This document shows positions 1 to 10,054 of a stretch of 61,308 bases of DNA, piece by piece; positions within the stretch are counted from its first letter, which is position 1, and each line of letters begins with the position of its first letter. Under the pieces are notes generated by a model that worked only from the letters and a program-made list of their open reading frames with translations, was not told where the DNA came from and did no database searches. Origin of the DNA: an uncultured cyanobacterium (GTDB lineage Bacteria; Cyanobacteriota; Cyanobacteriia; Cyanobacteriales; Microcystaceae); contig CAWEDJ010000009.1 in NCBI GenBank assembly GCA_963807635.1, positions 1 to 61,308 of the forward strand. Direction: 5' to 3'. The position numbers were made by a program, and so were the translations under genes.

Positions 1-187
1 TGACTGTATGAAAAAATCTCATCACTGTCCGATAACTACCACCAGTTCCTGCCCAACGGGAGATTCCCAACATTGTCACTCGTCCGCTCATGCCTAACAT
101 TGCCATGATAATACGCCTCAACTGACGCATCGTTGTCACTTTTATTTCTGGTACTAGGCATTGCAAGAGTGTTAGTATGTCCAACAT
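1..187 (-). CDS. IS4/IS701-like DDE transposase, N-terminus (runs off the window edge; not in the ORF track)
   Basis: Manual translation from ATG at 187: MLDILTLLQCLVPEIKVTTMRQLRRIIMAMLGMSGRVTMLGISRWAGTGGSYRTVMRFFHTV, open to the edge; resembles cyanobacterial IS4/IS701-type transposase N-termini. Confidence 0.7.
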   Translation of the reverse strand, partial: MLDILTLLQCLVPEIKVTTMRQLRRIIMAMLGMSGRVTMLGISRWAGTGGSYRTVMRFFHTV

Positions 188-283
188 GGGCTGTCTGTGG
201 TTTTCGAGGTGTTGTTTTTGAAGACTATCACTCTACTACATTCAGTCCTCTCTCTTCATCCGCTTTTTTGGGCTAAGGTATTG
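1..283 (-). mobile_element. Partial IS (IS4/IS701-like); probable end CAATACCTTAGCC at 283
   Basis: Transposase start at 187; the putative end directly abuts the IR of the next IS at 284; the other end is outside the window. Confidence 0.55.
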
Positions 284-1755
284 GTAAATAATTAGTTGAT
301 GATTAACAAGATTGAGCAGGAAACCAAAGAGAAGTCCAGCAATGATTAAGTTCAGCTACCTTGAGAAAGCTTAAAGCCTTGCTACCATTCATGCTCCAAC
401 TTACACCCTTTTTTTTCTGACGATGACCAACGACCAAATCTACGCCTTTTTCAATGCGACCACTACCAATACTTTTACCGACTTTTCGCCGACCTTCGTA
501 GTTGATGATTTCTGAGTGATGTTTCTCCAAATAACCAATAAGTTCCAACAAGACCTTGTTATTGCGAGCAACAACCTGATGTTTTAAGTAGTTGAGGGCA
601 ATATCAGTCTGACCATGCCATAATTGTGAGAGTAAAAACTTGACATGATTGGATTTTTCTTCTTTGTTGAAAGCAATCATAGACATCAGATTTCGCACTT
701 TTTTGCATAGGTGATACCAGTCTAAAATCACAACAGGTAAAACACCAAAGATAGCCAAGAGGCGATGGCGAATGACTCTTGCCCCATCGGTGATAGCAAC
801 AATATTCAACGGTTTTGATTCCTTTTGATAGAGGTCGAGAATTCTCGCTCTAACGACTGTCGCAAGACTTATCGGTTCTTCTACCTCAGTATCAAAAGGA
901 GAAACGAGATATTCAAATCCCCCTTTGGGTGTTTGCAACATTACTACATCGGTAATGACGGCGGGAGTCTTATTCTTGGTGGTATCTGGACTTGGAGTAT
1001 GGGCAGTAGATTCATTACGCGAATTACGCTCAGGCTTTTGTCCTTTGACTTGAATACCATCGTCAAATAGGAGAATTTCTGACTCCTCTACGTTATAAAT
1101 CTCTACGCTTTTCTTTATCTGAATCTGCTCAGATGTGGTCGATTCTAATGATTCTTGTACAGTTTGTCGGATTTGCTGGCTATAGGTTTCGGCTTTCCCT
1201 TTCACTATTCCCCAAATGGTCTGGTCACTCAATAAGTTTTCTCCTGTTACTCGCTCCACTAATCCAGCCAAATTCTCATAACTGAGCCGATTGGCGTAAT
1301 AACCGCATAATTCCTCTAATCTCTGACTCACAAATCTTTCCTGCAATTGCTCCGATAACTGAAAATAGTTAACTTCTTTTTTATTCGTTTGATACTTTTG
1401 TAAGTAAAACTCAAACTGACCGTGTAATGTTTTTATACAGATTTTTCTCGTACCATTACACCACAAGTTTAGTTTTTTTTACTTTTTCCGTGAACTCGTT
1501 TTGTGACTGCGCCAGTAAGGCTGCCTCTATTTCAGGCAATACTTTCTGTTTCATCTGTTCTACACCTCCTTCTATGTCATGTAAGCTTTGGGTTCCTATT
1601 TCCATTGCAAATGGGCTGTTTTGGCTGAGAATATTTCCCATTTCGTTACGAATCACGAATTCTACCGTCACTTTCATCCTTTTTACTCCTTTTTTTAAGA
1701 CAATCTGTTTTTTTGTTTTCTCTTCATTTTACCTAATCATCAACTAATTATTTAC
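284..1755 (-). mobile_element. IS element, ISKra4/ISLre2-like (Mutator/IS256 superfamily)
   Basis: Perfect 22-bp terminal inverted repeats GTAAATAATTAGTTGATGATTA (284-305 and 1734-1755) enclosing the transposase ORFs. Confidence 0.9.
303..1677 (-). CDS. Transposase in two ORFs (1456-1677 and 303-1466) joined at an A8 run
   Basis: Motifs LFDDG, ITDGA, LDWYH, IGSGRIEK..VVGHRQKKKGVSWS typical of UPF0236/ISKra4/ISLre2 DDE transposases; stop codon lies inside the IR. Confidence 0.85.
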
Positions 1756-1810
1756 AGGTAGAAAAATTCTCTTCAATTCTCCCCACTTCATGTAAAAAAG
1801 GCGATATCTA

Positions 1811-1825
1811 ATGACAAAAAAACAT
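1811..1825 (+). promoter_or_regulatory. NtcB (LysR) site AT-N11-AT
   Basis: ATGACAAAAAAACAT, centred 29.5 bp upstream of the NtcA box centre. Confidence 0.65.
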
Positions 1826-1840
1826 TTTATGTCAGATTTT

Positions 1841-1854
1841 GTTGCTAAAGATAC
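1841..1854 (+). promoter_or_regulatory. NtcA box upstream of nrtA
   Basis: GTT-GCTAAAGA-TAC, one mismatch to GTA-N8-TAC, with T-rich/A-rich flanks. Confidence 0.75.
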
Positions 1855-1970
1855 AAATCTTTACAAGAAAAAATATCACCCTTGAAGGGTAATGACTCGA
1901 AGCTAAAGAGTAAACCACTCCTGTTTTCAGTATTTTCCCATCAATATCAAACAGATTGAAAAACTAACCT

Positions 1971-3314
1971 ATGAGCAATCTTTCTAGACGTAAATTTATT
2001 GTAACTGCTGGAATCACAGCGGCGGGCGCGGCTATCTTACATGGTTGCGGCCCTTCCACCACCACACCAACCGCCACAACTTCCCCTGCTGAATCTCCTG
2101 CGACGGGTGCGAGTCCTGCGACAACCGCAGAAGCCCCTGAAGTAACCACAGCCAAATTAGGATTTATTGCCCTCACCGATTCCGCCCCTTTGATTATTGC
2201 TAAAGAAAAAGGTTTATTTGCTAAATACGGCATGACAGGGGTTGAAGTCCTCAAACAAGCCTCCTGGCCGGTCACCCGCGATAATTTGGAACTAGGTTCT
2301 GGTGGTGGTGGTATTGATGGAGCGCACATCCTCAGCCCGATACCTTACTTTATGTCCTTGGGAACGATCACGAAAACCAAAAAGCCCGTTCCCATGTACG
2401 TCCTAGCTCGGTTAAATACCAATGGCCAAGCAATTTCGGTTTCTAATGACTACAAAGATCTCAAACTGACCGTAGATAGCAAGCCGTTAAAAGCAGGTTT
2501 AGCTAAAGCGAAAGCCGCAGGAAAAGAAACGAAAGTCGCTATCACCTTTCCAGGCGGAACCCATGATCTCTGGATGCGTTATTGGTTAGCCGCAGGAGGA
2601 ATTGACCCCAATAAAGAGGTTTCAATTATTCCCGTTCCCCCCCCTCAAATGGTTGCCAATATGAAAGTCGGAAGTATGGGAGCTTTTTGTGTGGGAGAAC
2701 CTTGGAATGCCCAATTGGTTAACCAAAAACTAGGTTATTCAGCTTTAATTACGGGACAATTATGGAAAGATCATCCCGAAAAAGCCTTCTCTATGCGGAA
2801 AGATTGGGTTGATAAAAATCCGAAAGCGGCTAAGGCAATTTTAATGGCTATTCTGGAAGCCCAACAGTGGTGCGAAAAGCCAGAAAACAAAGAAGAAATG
2901 GTGAAAATTATTTCTGGTCGTCAATACCTGAAAGTTCCCCCCGAAGATATTTTGGGACGTTTACAAGGCAAGGTTGATTTTGGCGATGGCCGTACTTTGG
3001 ATAACCCTGATTTAGCCATGAAATTCTGGGCAGATAATGCCTCCTATCCCTACAAGAGCCATGATTTATGGTTCCTAACTGAAGATATTCGTTGGGGTTA
3101 TTTACCTGAAAAAACGGATACCAAAAAAATTATTGATGAAGTCAATCGGGAAGATCTGTGGAAAGAAGCGGCTCAATCTCTAGGCGTTCCTGCGGCGGAG
3201 ATTCCTACCAGTACTTCTCGCGGCGTAGAAACTTTTTTTGATGGGACAAAATTTGATCCTGAAAATCCCAAAGCTTATTTAGATGGTTTAAAAATTAAAG
3301 CCATTAAAGCTTAG
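1971..3314 (+). CDS. nrtA: Nitrate/nitrite ABC transporter substrate-binding lipoprotein
   Basis: Tat/lipoprotein signal SRRKF...LHGC; LGFIALTDSAPL and IDGAHIL are NrtA-type, not the CmpA-type GFIPIVE/GGQWQ; NtcA/NtcB sites upstream. Confidence 0.92.
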   Translation: MSNLSRRKFIVTAGITAAGAAILHGCGPSTTTPTATTSPAESPATGASPATTAEAPEVTTAKLGFIALTDSAPLIIAKEKGLFAKYGMTGVEVLKQASWPVTRDNLELGSGGGGIDGAHILSPIPYFMSLGTITKTKKPVPMYVLARLNTNGQAISVSNDYKDLKLTVDSKPLKAGLAKAKAAGKETKVAITFPGGTHDLWMRYWLAAGGIDPNKEVSIIPVPPPQMVANMKVGSMGAFCVGEPWNAQLVNQKLGYSALITGQLWKDHPEKAFSMRKDWVDKNPKAAKAILMAILEAQQWCEKPENKEEMVKIISGRQYLKVPPEDILGRLQGKVDFGDGRTLDNPDLAMKFWADNASYPYKSHDLWFLTEDIRWGYLPEKTDTKKIIDEVNREDLWKEAAQSLGVPAAEIPTSTSRGVETFFDGTKFDPENPKAYLDGLKIKAIKA

Positions 3315-3322
3315 AAAATAAA

Positions 3323-3345
3323 GGGCGTACGCAATACGCCCCTAC
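3323..3345. repeat. GTAG-type REP-like palindrome
   Basis: GGGCGTA-CGCAA-TACGCCC-CTAC; related copies at 28018, 32600, 38540, 55086. Confidence 0.75.
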
Positions 3346-3401
3346 AGAAATAATATTTAACCCAAAATATAACTAAATAACCCTGAGAAGATATGTGAAA
3401 A

Positions 3402-3472
3402 GCCCCCCTAGCCCCCCAATTCTGGGGGGAACTTAGATTCAAAGTCCCCCAAACTTGGGGGATTTAGGGGGC
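3402..3472. repeat. GC-rich branched-hairpin small dispersed repeat
   Basis: Outer stem GCCCCCCTA/TAGGGGGC enclosing hairpins CCCCCCAATTCTGGGGGG and TCCCCCAAACTTGGGGGA. Confidence 0.7.
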
Positions 3473-3523
3473 GAATTGCCCCGTTAAAAACAGTTTCTGA
3501 ATAATCTTTATCAATTATTAAAA

Positions 3524-4354
3524 ATGGCAAATCCTAGTTTATCTCAACGACCTTCTAATAAAAATCCCTTGGCTTTTTTGACCCACTCTAAAAAAGTCAT
3601 GCGTCCTTTGGTGGCGTTAATTGTTTTGTTAGTGATTTGGCAAGCCCTCTGTTCGGGAACCAATCCTAATTTACCCGCTCCATTAACGGTGATTCAAGAA
3701 ACCTGGAATCCGCTCATTATTAATCCATTTTTTGATAATGGTGGTACAGATAAGGGATTAGGATTACAAATTTTCGCCAGTTTGCAACGGGTTGCGGTTG
3801 GGTTTACTCTCTCGGCAATTGTGGGTATTGGCTTAGGGATTTTAATCGGCAGTAGTCGTTTGATGTACGATGCTTTAGATCCGATTTTTCAGGTGTTAAG
3901 AACGATTCCGCCTTTGGCCTGGTTACCGATCGCGTTGGCGGCCCTGAGAGAGAGTGAACCGTCTGCAATTTTCGTTATTTTTATCACCTCAATTTGGCCG
4001 ATTATTATTAATACAACTGTTGGTGTGCAACAAGTTCCCCAGGATTATCGCAACGTTTCCCGCGTTTTGCAGTTATCTAAAATGGAATATTTTTTTAATA
4101 TTTTATTTCCTGCGGCAGTTCCCTATATTTTCACGGGATTACGCATTGGCATTGGACTTTCTTGGTTGGCAATTGTAGCGGCTGAAATGTTAGTTGGGGG
4201 TGTGGGAATTGGTTTCTTTATTTGGGATGCCTATAACAGTTCTCGCATGAGTGAAATTATTTTGGCACTGGTTTATGTGGGAGTTGTGGGATTAATTTTA
4301 GACCGTCTAGTTGCTTTTGTTGCCAGTTTATTAGTTCCTGCTGAACAAAAATGA
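3524..4354 (+). CDS. nrtB: Nitrate ABC transporter permease
   Basis: PFFDNGGTDKGLG, LRTIPPLAWLP, GLRIGIGLSWLAIVAAEML; operon position. Confidence 0.93.
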   Translation: MANPSLSQRPSNKNPLAFLTHSKKVMRPLVALIVLLVIWQALCSGTNPNLPAPLTVIQETWNPLIINPFFDNGGTDKGLGLQIFASLQRVAVGFTLSAIVGIGLGILIGSSRLMYDALDPIFQVLRTIPPLAWLPIALAALRESEPSAIFVIFITSIWPIIINTTVGVQQVPQDYRNVSRVLQLSKMEYFFNILFPAAVPYIFTGLRIGIGLSWLAIVAAEMLVGGVGIGFFIWDAYNSSRMSEIILALVYVGVVGLILDRLVAFVASLLVPAEQK

Positions 4355-4585
4355 TAATTAATTGATAATGGACAGTTGATAATTGATAAAGCTTGATCTG
4401 ATTGATTAGGTTCTGATTACAATCATTTCAATCTTTCTTTTATAAAACCATTAACCTTATGAAACGAATAATTATCAATTATGAATTCTTTCCTATCCAC
4501 TTTCTAAAACGAATCATTATCAATTATCCATTGTCAATTATCAATTCTTTACTGCCCACTAAAAATTATTCACTATCAACTATTA
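4352..4585. repeat. Heptamer (TGATAAT/ATTATCA) tandem arrays in inverted orientation, STRR-like
   Basis: AATTGATAATGGACAGTTGATAATTGATAA (~4360-4389) versus TTATCAATTATCCATTGTCAATTATCAATT (~4517-4546). Confidence 0.7.
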
Positions 4586-4591
4586 GCTAAT

Positions 4592-6598
4592 ATGTCCACT
4601 TTTATTGAAATTGATCACGTTGATCGCGTTTTTCCCTTACCGAATGGGGAACAGTATATTGCCCTTAAAAATATTGAATTAAAAATTAAAGCAGGGGAAT
4701 TTATTTCGCTGATTGGTCACTCTGGCTGTGGTAAATCTACGCTGTTAAATATGGTGTCGGGATTGGATACACCCACGGTGGGCGGTGTCATTGTGGAGGG
4801 TCGAGAAATTCAAGGGCCGGCCCCGATCGCATGGTGGTTTTTCAAAATTATTCCCTCTTACCTTGGCTAACGGTACGACAAAATATTGGTCTGGCGGTGA
4901 ATCGGGTAATGCGTCATTTACCCAAGACTGAAAGAAACAAAATTATTGAAGACAATATTCAATTAGTCGGACTCAAACACGCCGCTCATAAATTGCCCTG
5001 GTCAATTGTCAGGGGGAATGAAACAACGGGTGGCGATCGCGAGAGCCTTGTCGATTAAACCCAAGGTTTTGCTGTTGGATGAACCCTTTGGAGCGTTGGA
5101 CGCTTTAACCAGGGGCAATTTGCAAGAAAGATTAATGGAAATTGTTCAGGAAAGTCAGGTCACTTGCATTATGGTGACGCACGATGTGGATGAAGCTTTG
5201 CTGTTATCCGATCGCGTGGTGATGTTGACAACTGGCCCAGAAGCCCATATCGGTCAAATTTTGGAAGTGCCGATTCCCCGCCCGCGCCATCGTTTAGAAG
5301 TGGTTAATCATCCGAGTTATTACGTTTTTCGGAATGAAATTGTCTATTTCTTGAATCAACAAAAACGTTCTAAACGGGTCGGAAAAGTGGCACAAGCGTC
5401 TTCGATCATGGCAGGTAACGGATTGGAAAAAATCAATCTCAATATTGGCTTTATTCCCCTCACAGACTGCGCTCCCTTAGTGGTTGCCAAGGAAAAGGGC
5501 TTTTTCCAAGAAGAAGGTTTGGATGCGGTTAACCTCGTTCGTGAACCCAGTTGGAAGGCGATCGCGGAAGGCGTGATTAGTGGTCGTCTGGATGCGGCGC
5601 AAATGGTAGCAGGAATGCCCCTATCGTTAACGGTGGGAGCAGGGGGAAAATTACCTGTGCCGATTATTAATGCCCTAGTGATGAGTCGTAATGGGAACGC
5701 CATTACCCTAGCCAAATCCTTTGCCCAGGCGGGCGTGAAAAATCTGGGGGATCTGAAAAACAAACTCATGGAAACTCCCGATAAAGTTCATACCTTTGGC
5801 ATGGTTCATCCCGCTTCCATGCACAATCTTTTGTTACGTTATTGGTTGGCTTCGGGGGGGATTGATCCCGATCAGGATGTCACCCTAACGGCCATTCCGC
5901 CCGCTCAGATGGTGGCTAACCTCAAAGCAGGCAATATTGACGGTTATTGCGTCGGAGAACCTTGGAATTCCCGTGCGGTGTATGAAGGCTTGGGTTATGT
6001 GATTGATACGTCCTTAGATATTTGGGCAGGCCATCCTGAAAAAGTTTTGGGAGTTAAAGAAGAATGGGTTGCCAAATATCCCGAAACCCATCTTGCTTTA
6101 GTCAGAGCCTTATTAAAAGCCTGTGAATACTGCGATGATCGTCGGAATCGGGAAGAAATCATGGGTTTACTTTGCCAGCCTCAATATGTTGGTTCCCTAG
6201 AAGATTATACTCGTCCAGGCTTTCTTGACCCCTATAACCGAGGCGATGGGACAGAACCCCAACAGTTACTCCGCTTTAATCAGTTTTATGTGGATCAAGC
6301 CAATTGTCCAGGTCGCGGTGAAGGATTGTGGACTCTCACCCAATTAGCCCGTTGGGGTTATACACCTTTCCCGAAAAACTGGGTCGAAATTCTCGAACGA
6401 GTCCGCCGTCCCGATCTGTTTGGAGAAGCTTGTCGTCAGTTGGGTTGGCCCGATACGGAAAGCGATCGCCACAATTTTGCTTTATTTGATGGCATGGTCT
6501 TTACGCCCGATGATCCCATTGGCTATATTCAACGCTTTACCATTCATCGTGAATTAAAAGTTTCTGAAATTCTCATTGATAGCGTTTCCCGTTCTTAA
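4592..6598 (+). CDS. nrtC: Nitrate ABC transporter ATPase with C-terminal NrtA-like regulatory domain; two apparent frameshifts (~4820, ~4998)
   Basis: Walker A GHSGCGKS, LSGGMKQR and LLLDEPF across three consecutive ORFs; C-terminal GFIPLTDCAPL domain. Confidence 0.9.
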
Positions 6599-6629
6599 AT
6601 TTTGGTAACTTTTTCTAACCTTAGAAACT

Positions 6630-7674
6630 ATGATCACTCCCCTTTCCTCAGAATCTAAAACTAACCCCAATCCCACCCAAAAAGGTATGAATCCTTCTGA
6701 TAAAATCTCCTCCCAAACGGATACCGCTTTCCTCTCGATTGACAATGTTTCTAAGGTGTATAACACCCCACGAGGCCCCTATACCGTCCTAGATGGCGTT
6801 AATTTGGAGGTGGCAGAAGGAGAATTTATTTGTATTATTGGTCACTCTGGCTGTGGCAAATCAACTTTATTGAATATGGTGTCGGGTTTTAATCAACCGA
6901 CGGGCGGAACGGTTAAACTTCAGAATAAACCGATCCTGAACCTGCCCAGACCGCATGATGGTATTCCAAAATTATTGTCTTTTACCCTGGAAAAGTGCCT
7001 ACGAGAATGTGCAATTAGCGGTGAATTCCGTCTATCCTGATAAATCCAAGGAAAATAAGACCGAACTCGTTCAGCATTATTTAGAAATGGTCGGTTTAAC
7101 GGAAGCAGGTCAGAAAAAACCCAATCAATTATCAGGGGGAATGAAACAACGGGTCGCGATCGCCAGAGCCTTGTCTATTTCGCCAGAAGTCTTGATTTTG
7201 GATGAACCCTTTGGGGCGTTGGATGCGATTACCAAGGAAGAATTACAGGAAGAATTATTAAAAATTTGGCGTGAAACGAAGTTAACGGTATTAATGATTA
7301 CCCATGATATTGATGAAGCTCTCTTTTTAGCCGATCGCCTGGTGATGATGACCAATGGCCCCAGTGCCAAAATTGGAGAAATCCTAGAAATTCCCTTTAC
7401 CCGTCCCCGCGATCGCGCCCAGATTACCGAAGATCCCAGATATTATGAATTACGCAATTATGCCCTAGATTTTCTCTTTCATCGCTTTGCCCATGATGAA
7501 GATGATGAAGTCAAAGAAGAAGAAGTCAGCAACCAATGGGGTTTCAAAAAAATTGCAGGAATCCTCGGAGGGTTAGCCGCGATCGCCTTTGTCGGATACG
7601 GTTTCTTTAATACCTTTGCCCCCAAGGGAGGAGATTCTCCCCAACCCGCCGTTCAAACCCCCGCTAAACCTTAA
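6630..7674 (+). CDS. nrtD: Nitrate ABC transporter ATPase; frameshift ~6945; hydrophobic C-terminal extension
   Basis: GHSGCGKS in ORF 6630-7040; LSGGMKQR and DEPFGALD in ORF 6955-7674. Confidence 0.88.
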
Positions 7675-7698
7675 TCTTCCTTTTGTATTTGACACTAG

Positions 7699-7801
7699 TA
7701 AGCTGTCGTGAATTGAGATTGCCTAGCGACCTATTCTGAAAATCTAATAACAAGGGGCTTAAGCCCCTTGCCTGTATGCGTTTTAGATGATAAACAGCTT
7801 A
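7699..7801 (+). mobile_element. MITE-like element, family A (TAAGCTGT...ACAGCTTA)
   Basis: 8-bp terminal IR starting with TA; internal 20-bp palindrome CAAGGGGCTTAAGCCCCTTG; homologous copies at 53619 and ~57200. Confidence 0.8.
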
Positions 7802-7915
7802 TTTAAACCAAAGGCTATTTTCTGACCTGTTGAACTAAAGTTTAGAAATTTATTAATACTTTCTAAATGGGTCAAATGAAAGGGTGATGATAACCCCATA
7901 GCTATAATTAAATTT

Positions 7916-8752
7916 ATGTTTACAAATCCTATTTCCTCATTAGTCACACCTTCCTGGTTAGCCGAGAACTTAGAGAATCCCGACTTAAAAATTATTGATT
8001 GTCGATTTCAATTAGGTCAACCCACTTGGGGATACGAACAATATCAAAAAAGCCATATTCCTGGAGCCTATTACCTCGATTTAGACCGAGATTTATCTTC
8101 ACCCGTTGCCCTTCATGGTGGAAGACATCCCCTGCCCGCTCCAGACCAATTAGCCGAAAAATTATCAGCCATCGGGATTCATTCAGGACAAACCTGGGTT
8201 ATTGCCTACGATGATTCCCGTTTTGCCTTTGTCTCTCGTCTATGGTGGCTTTTGCGCTATTTAGGCCACGATAAAGTTGCCCTTTTAGATGGAGGATGGT
8301 CAGGATGGCAACGCAATCATTGTCCCGTTTCCGAGGAAATTCCCTCTTCTTTACCAGGAAATTTTATCGCAAAACCCCAGCCTGATTGGATTGTGGATAT
8401 TGAAACCGTAAAAGCCCATCAAAAAAATCCCTTGTCAGTATTAATCGATTCACGGGAGCGCGATCGCTATCGGGGAGAACGAGAACCCATTGATCCCATT
8501 GCGGGCCATATTCCAGGAGCGATTTGTTTACCTTGGTTAGAAGTTACCGATGCCCAAGGCAATGGTCTACCTCCTGAAGCCCAAAAAGAACGCTGGGCGG
8601 ACTATGCAAACTCAGCAGAAGTGATCGTTTACTGTGGTTCTGGGGTGACGGCTTGCGTGAATCTTTTTTCCCTGGCGATCGCGGGATTATCCCCAGCCAA
8701 ACTCTATCCAGGCGGCTGGAGTGACTGGTGTTCCTATTTAGTTGAAGTTTAG
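7916..8752 (+). CDS. Tandem rhodanese sulfurtransferase (SseA/TST)
   Basis: HIPGA, GRHPLP, LDGGW, GHIPGA, active-site VYCGSGVTAC, YPGGWSDW. Confidence 0.92.
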   Translation: MFTNPISSLVTPSWLAENLENPDLKIIDCRFQLGQPTWGYEQYQKSHIPGAYYLDLDRDLSSPVALHGGRHPLPAPDQLAEKLSAIGIHSGQTWVIAYDDSRFAFVSRLWWLLRYLGHDKVALLDGGWSGWQRNHCPVSEEIPSSLPGNFIAKPQPDWIVDIETVKAHQKNPLSVLIDSRERDRYRGEREPIDPIAGHIPGAICLPWLEVTDAQGNGLPPEAQKERWADYANSAEVIVYCGSGVTACVNLFSLAIAGLSPAKLYPGGWSDWCSYLVEV

Positions 8753-9006
8753 AGTTAAAATTACGCTTCGTTTTCGCTTAAACAACAGAGTCAGGAAATT
8801 GAGTCTCCCTAGTCTAGTACAATTTTAGGGATATCTTTATTCTAGAGGCCGAATTGATAATGAGGAAATAGCATCGTCGCCAAGTGTGAAGTATTTGCGC
8901 TAAAATGTTTAGTCTATGATAATTTCTAACATTAATTTCTAAATCTAAAAATTATTTCATTCTATTCTATTCTAATTATTCTAAAAAGTTTGGCTCTTAA
9001 ATTTAT

Positions 9007-9555
9007 ATGATAAATAATAATTACCCTTACAAGAGGGATCGTTTGTCCATTTTTGTCGATGGCAATAATATGTTTTATGCCCAACAAAAAAATGGTTGGT
9101 TTTTTGATCCCAAACGAGTGTTAGAGCATTTTACTAATAGTCCCAGCATTGATCTGATTAATGCTTTTTGGTACACAGGATTAAAAGATTCTCAAGATCA
9201 ACGAGGTTTTCGGGATGCACTCATTAGTTTAGGTTATACCGTTAGAACTAAAATTTTAAAAGAATACTATGATGATAGTTCGGGTAGATATTCCCAGAAA
9301 GCAAACCTAGATATTGAAATTGTCGTCGATATGTTTAATACAGTTGAACAATATGACAGAGTTGTTTTATTAAGTGGGGATGGTGATTTTGAAAGAGCAA
9401 TTGAATTATTACGTTCAAAAAATACTCACATTACAGTTGTTTCGACGGAAGGAATGATTGCTAGAGAATTAAGAAATGCAACCGATCGCTATATCGATCT
9501 CAACGATATTCGTGAGCAAATCGAAAAAACCGATGAAAAAAATGAGTCTTCATGA
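9007..9555 (+). CDS. labA: LabA-like NYN domain protein
   Basis: IFVDGNNMFYAQQKNGWFFDP, KANLDIEIVVDM, SGDGDF. Confidence 0.85.
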   Translation: MINNNYPYKRDRLSIFVDGNNMFYAQQKNGWFFDPKRVLEHFTNSPSIDLINAFWYTGLKDSQDQRGFRDALISLGYTVRTKILKEYYDDSSGRYSQKANLDIEIVVDMFNTVEQYDRVVLLSGDGDFERAIELLRSKNTHITVVSTEGMIARELRNATDRYIDLNDIREQIEKTDEKNESS

Positions 9556-9634
9556 TTTTGATTTTAAAATTACTCTAATGACTAATCCTTAAAATCAGAA
9601 TTTTTCAGCGATCGCGTCACACAAAATCATCAAT

Positions 9635-10054
9635 TTAACCACAGTTTTTTTCTTTAATGTATTCTTTCATCCATTGAAATGACACTACATTAATTAATAA
9701 ACCAATTGTTAATAGAATGACCATCAAAGTAATTTGATACCAAACAATAGGCTTTATCATAAGGTCAGCAATTAGATGGGAGAAGTTGAGCATGGTATAG
9801 ACAAGACTCAAGGCAAAATGCAGTTTTCGATACCCTCTTGAATTTATGAATACAGTTGCAATAATTGCCGCCATTGGTGGGACAAAAAAAACTAACATAA
9901 GCCACATAATCGGTGCAATTTCATCCATATTTCTGGCAGGAGAACTAACAACACTCAGGTTATGAAAAAGAGGCATTAAGCCTAAGTCAGTGTGAAAGAG
10001 GAGTCCTAACAAAAAAACAATCCATACTATGATAATTTTATTTCTAGTATTCAT
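9635..10054 (-). CDS. Hypothetical 4-TM membrane protein
   Basis: 139-aa ORF with four hydrophobic segments. Confidence 0.75.
   Translation of the reverse strand: MNTRNKIIIVWIVFLLGLLFHTDLGLMPLFHNLSVVSSPARNMDEIAPIMWLMLVFFVPPMAAIIATVFINSRGYRKLHFALSLVYTMLNFSHLIADLMIKPIVWYQITLMVILLTIGLLINVVSFQWMKEYIKEKNCG

Noticed and set aside
276..1763. 8-bp target-site duplication aggtattg/aggtagaa around the IS
   Set aside because: Only 5 of 8 bases match, and the left copy appears to be part of the neighbouring IS end
1971..7674. cmpABCD (bicarbonate) or cynABD rather than nrtABCD
   Set aside because: Binding-protein motifs are NrtA-type and the promoter has NtcA and NtcB sites
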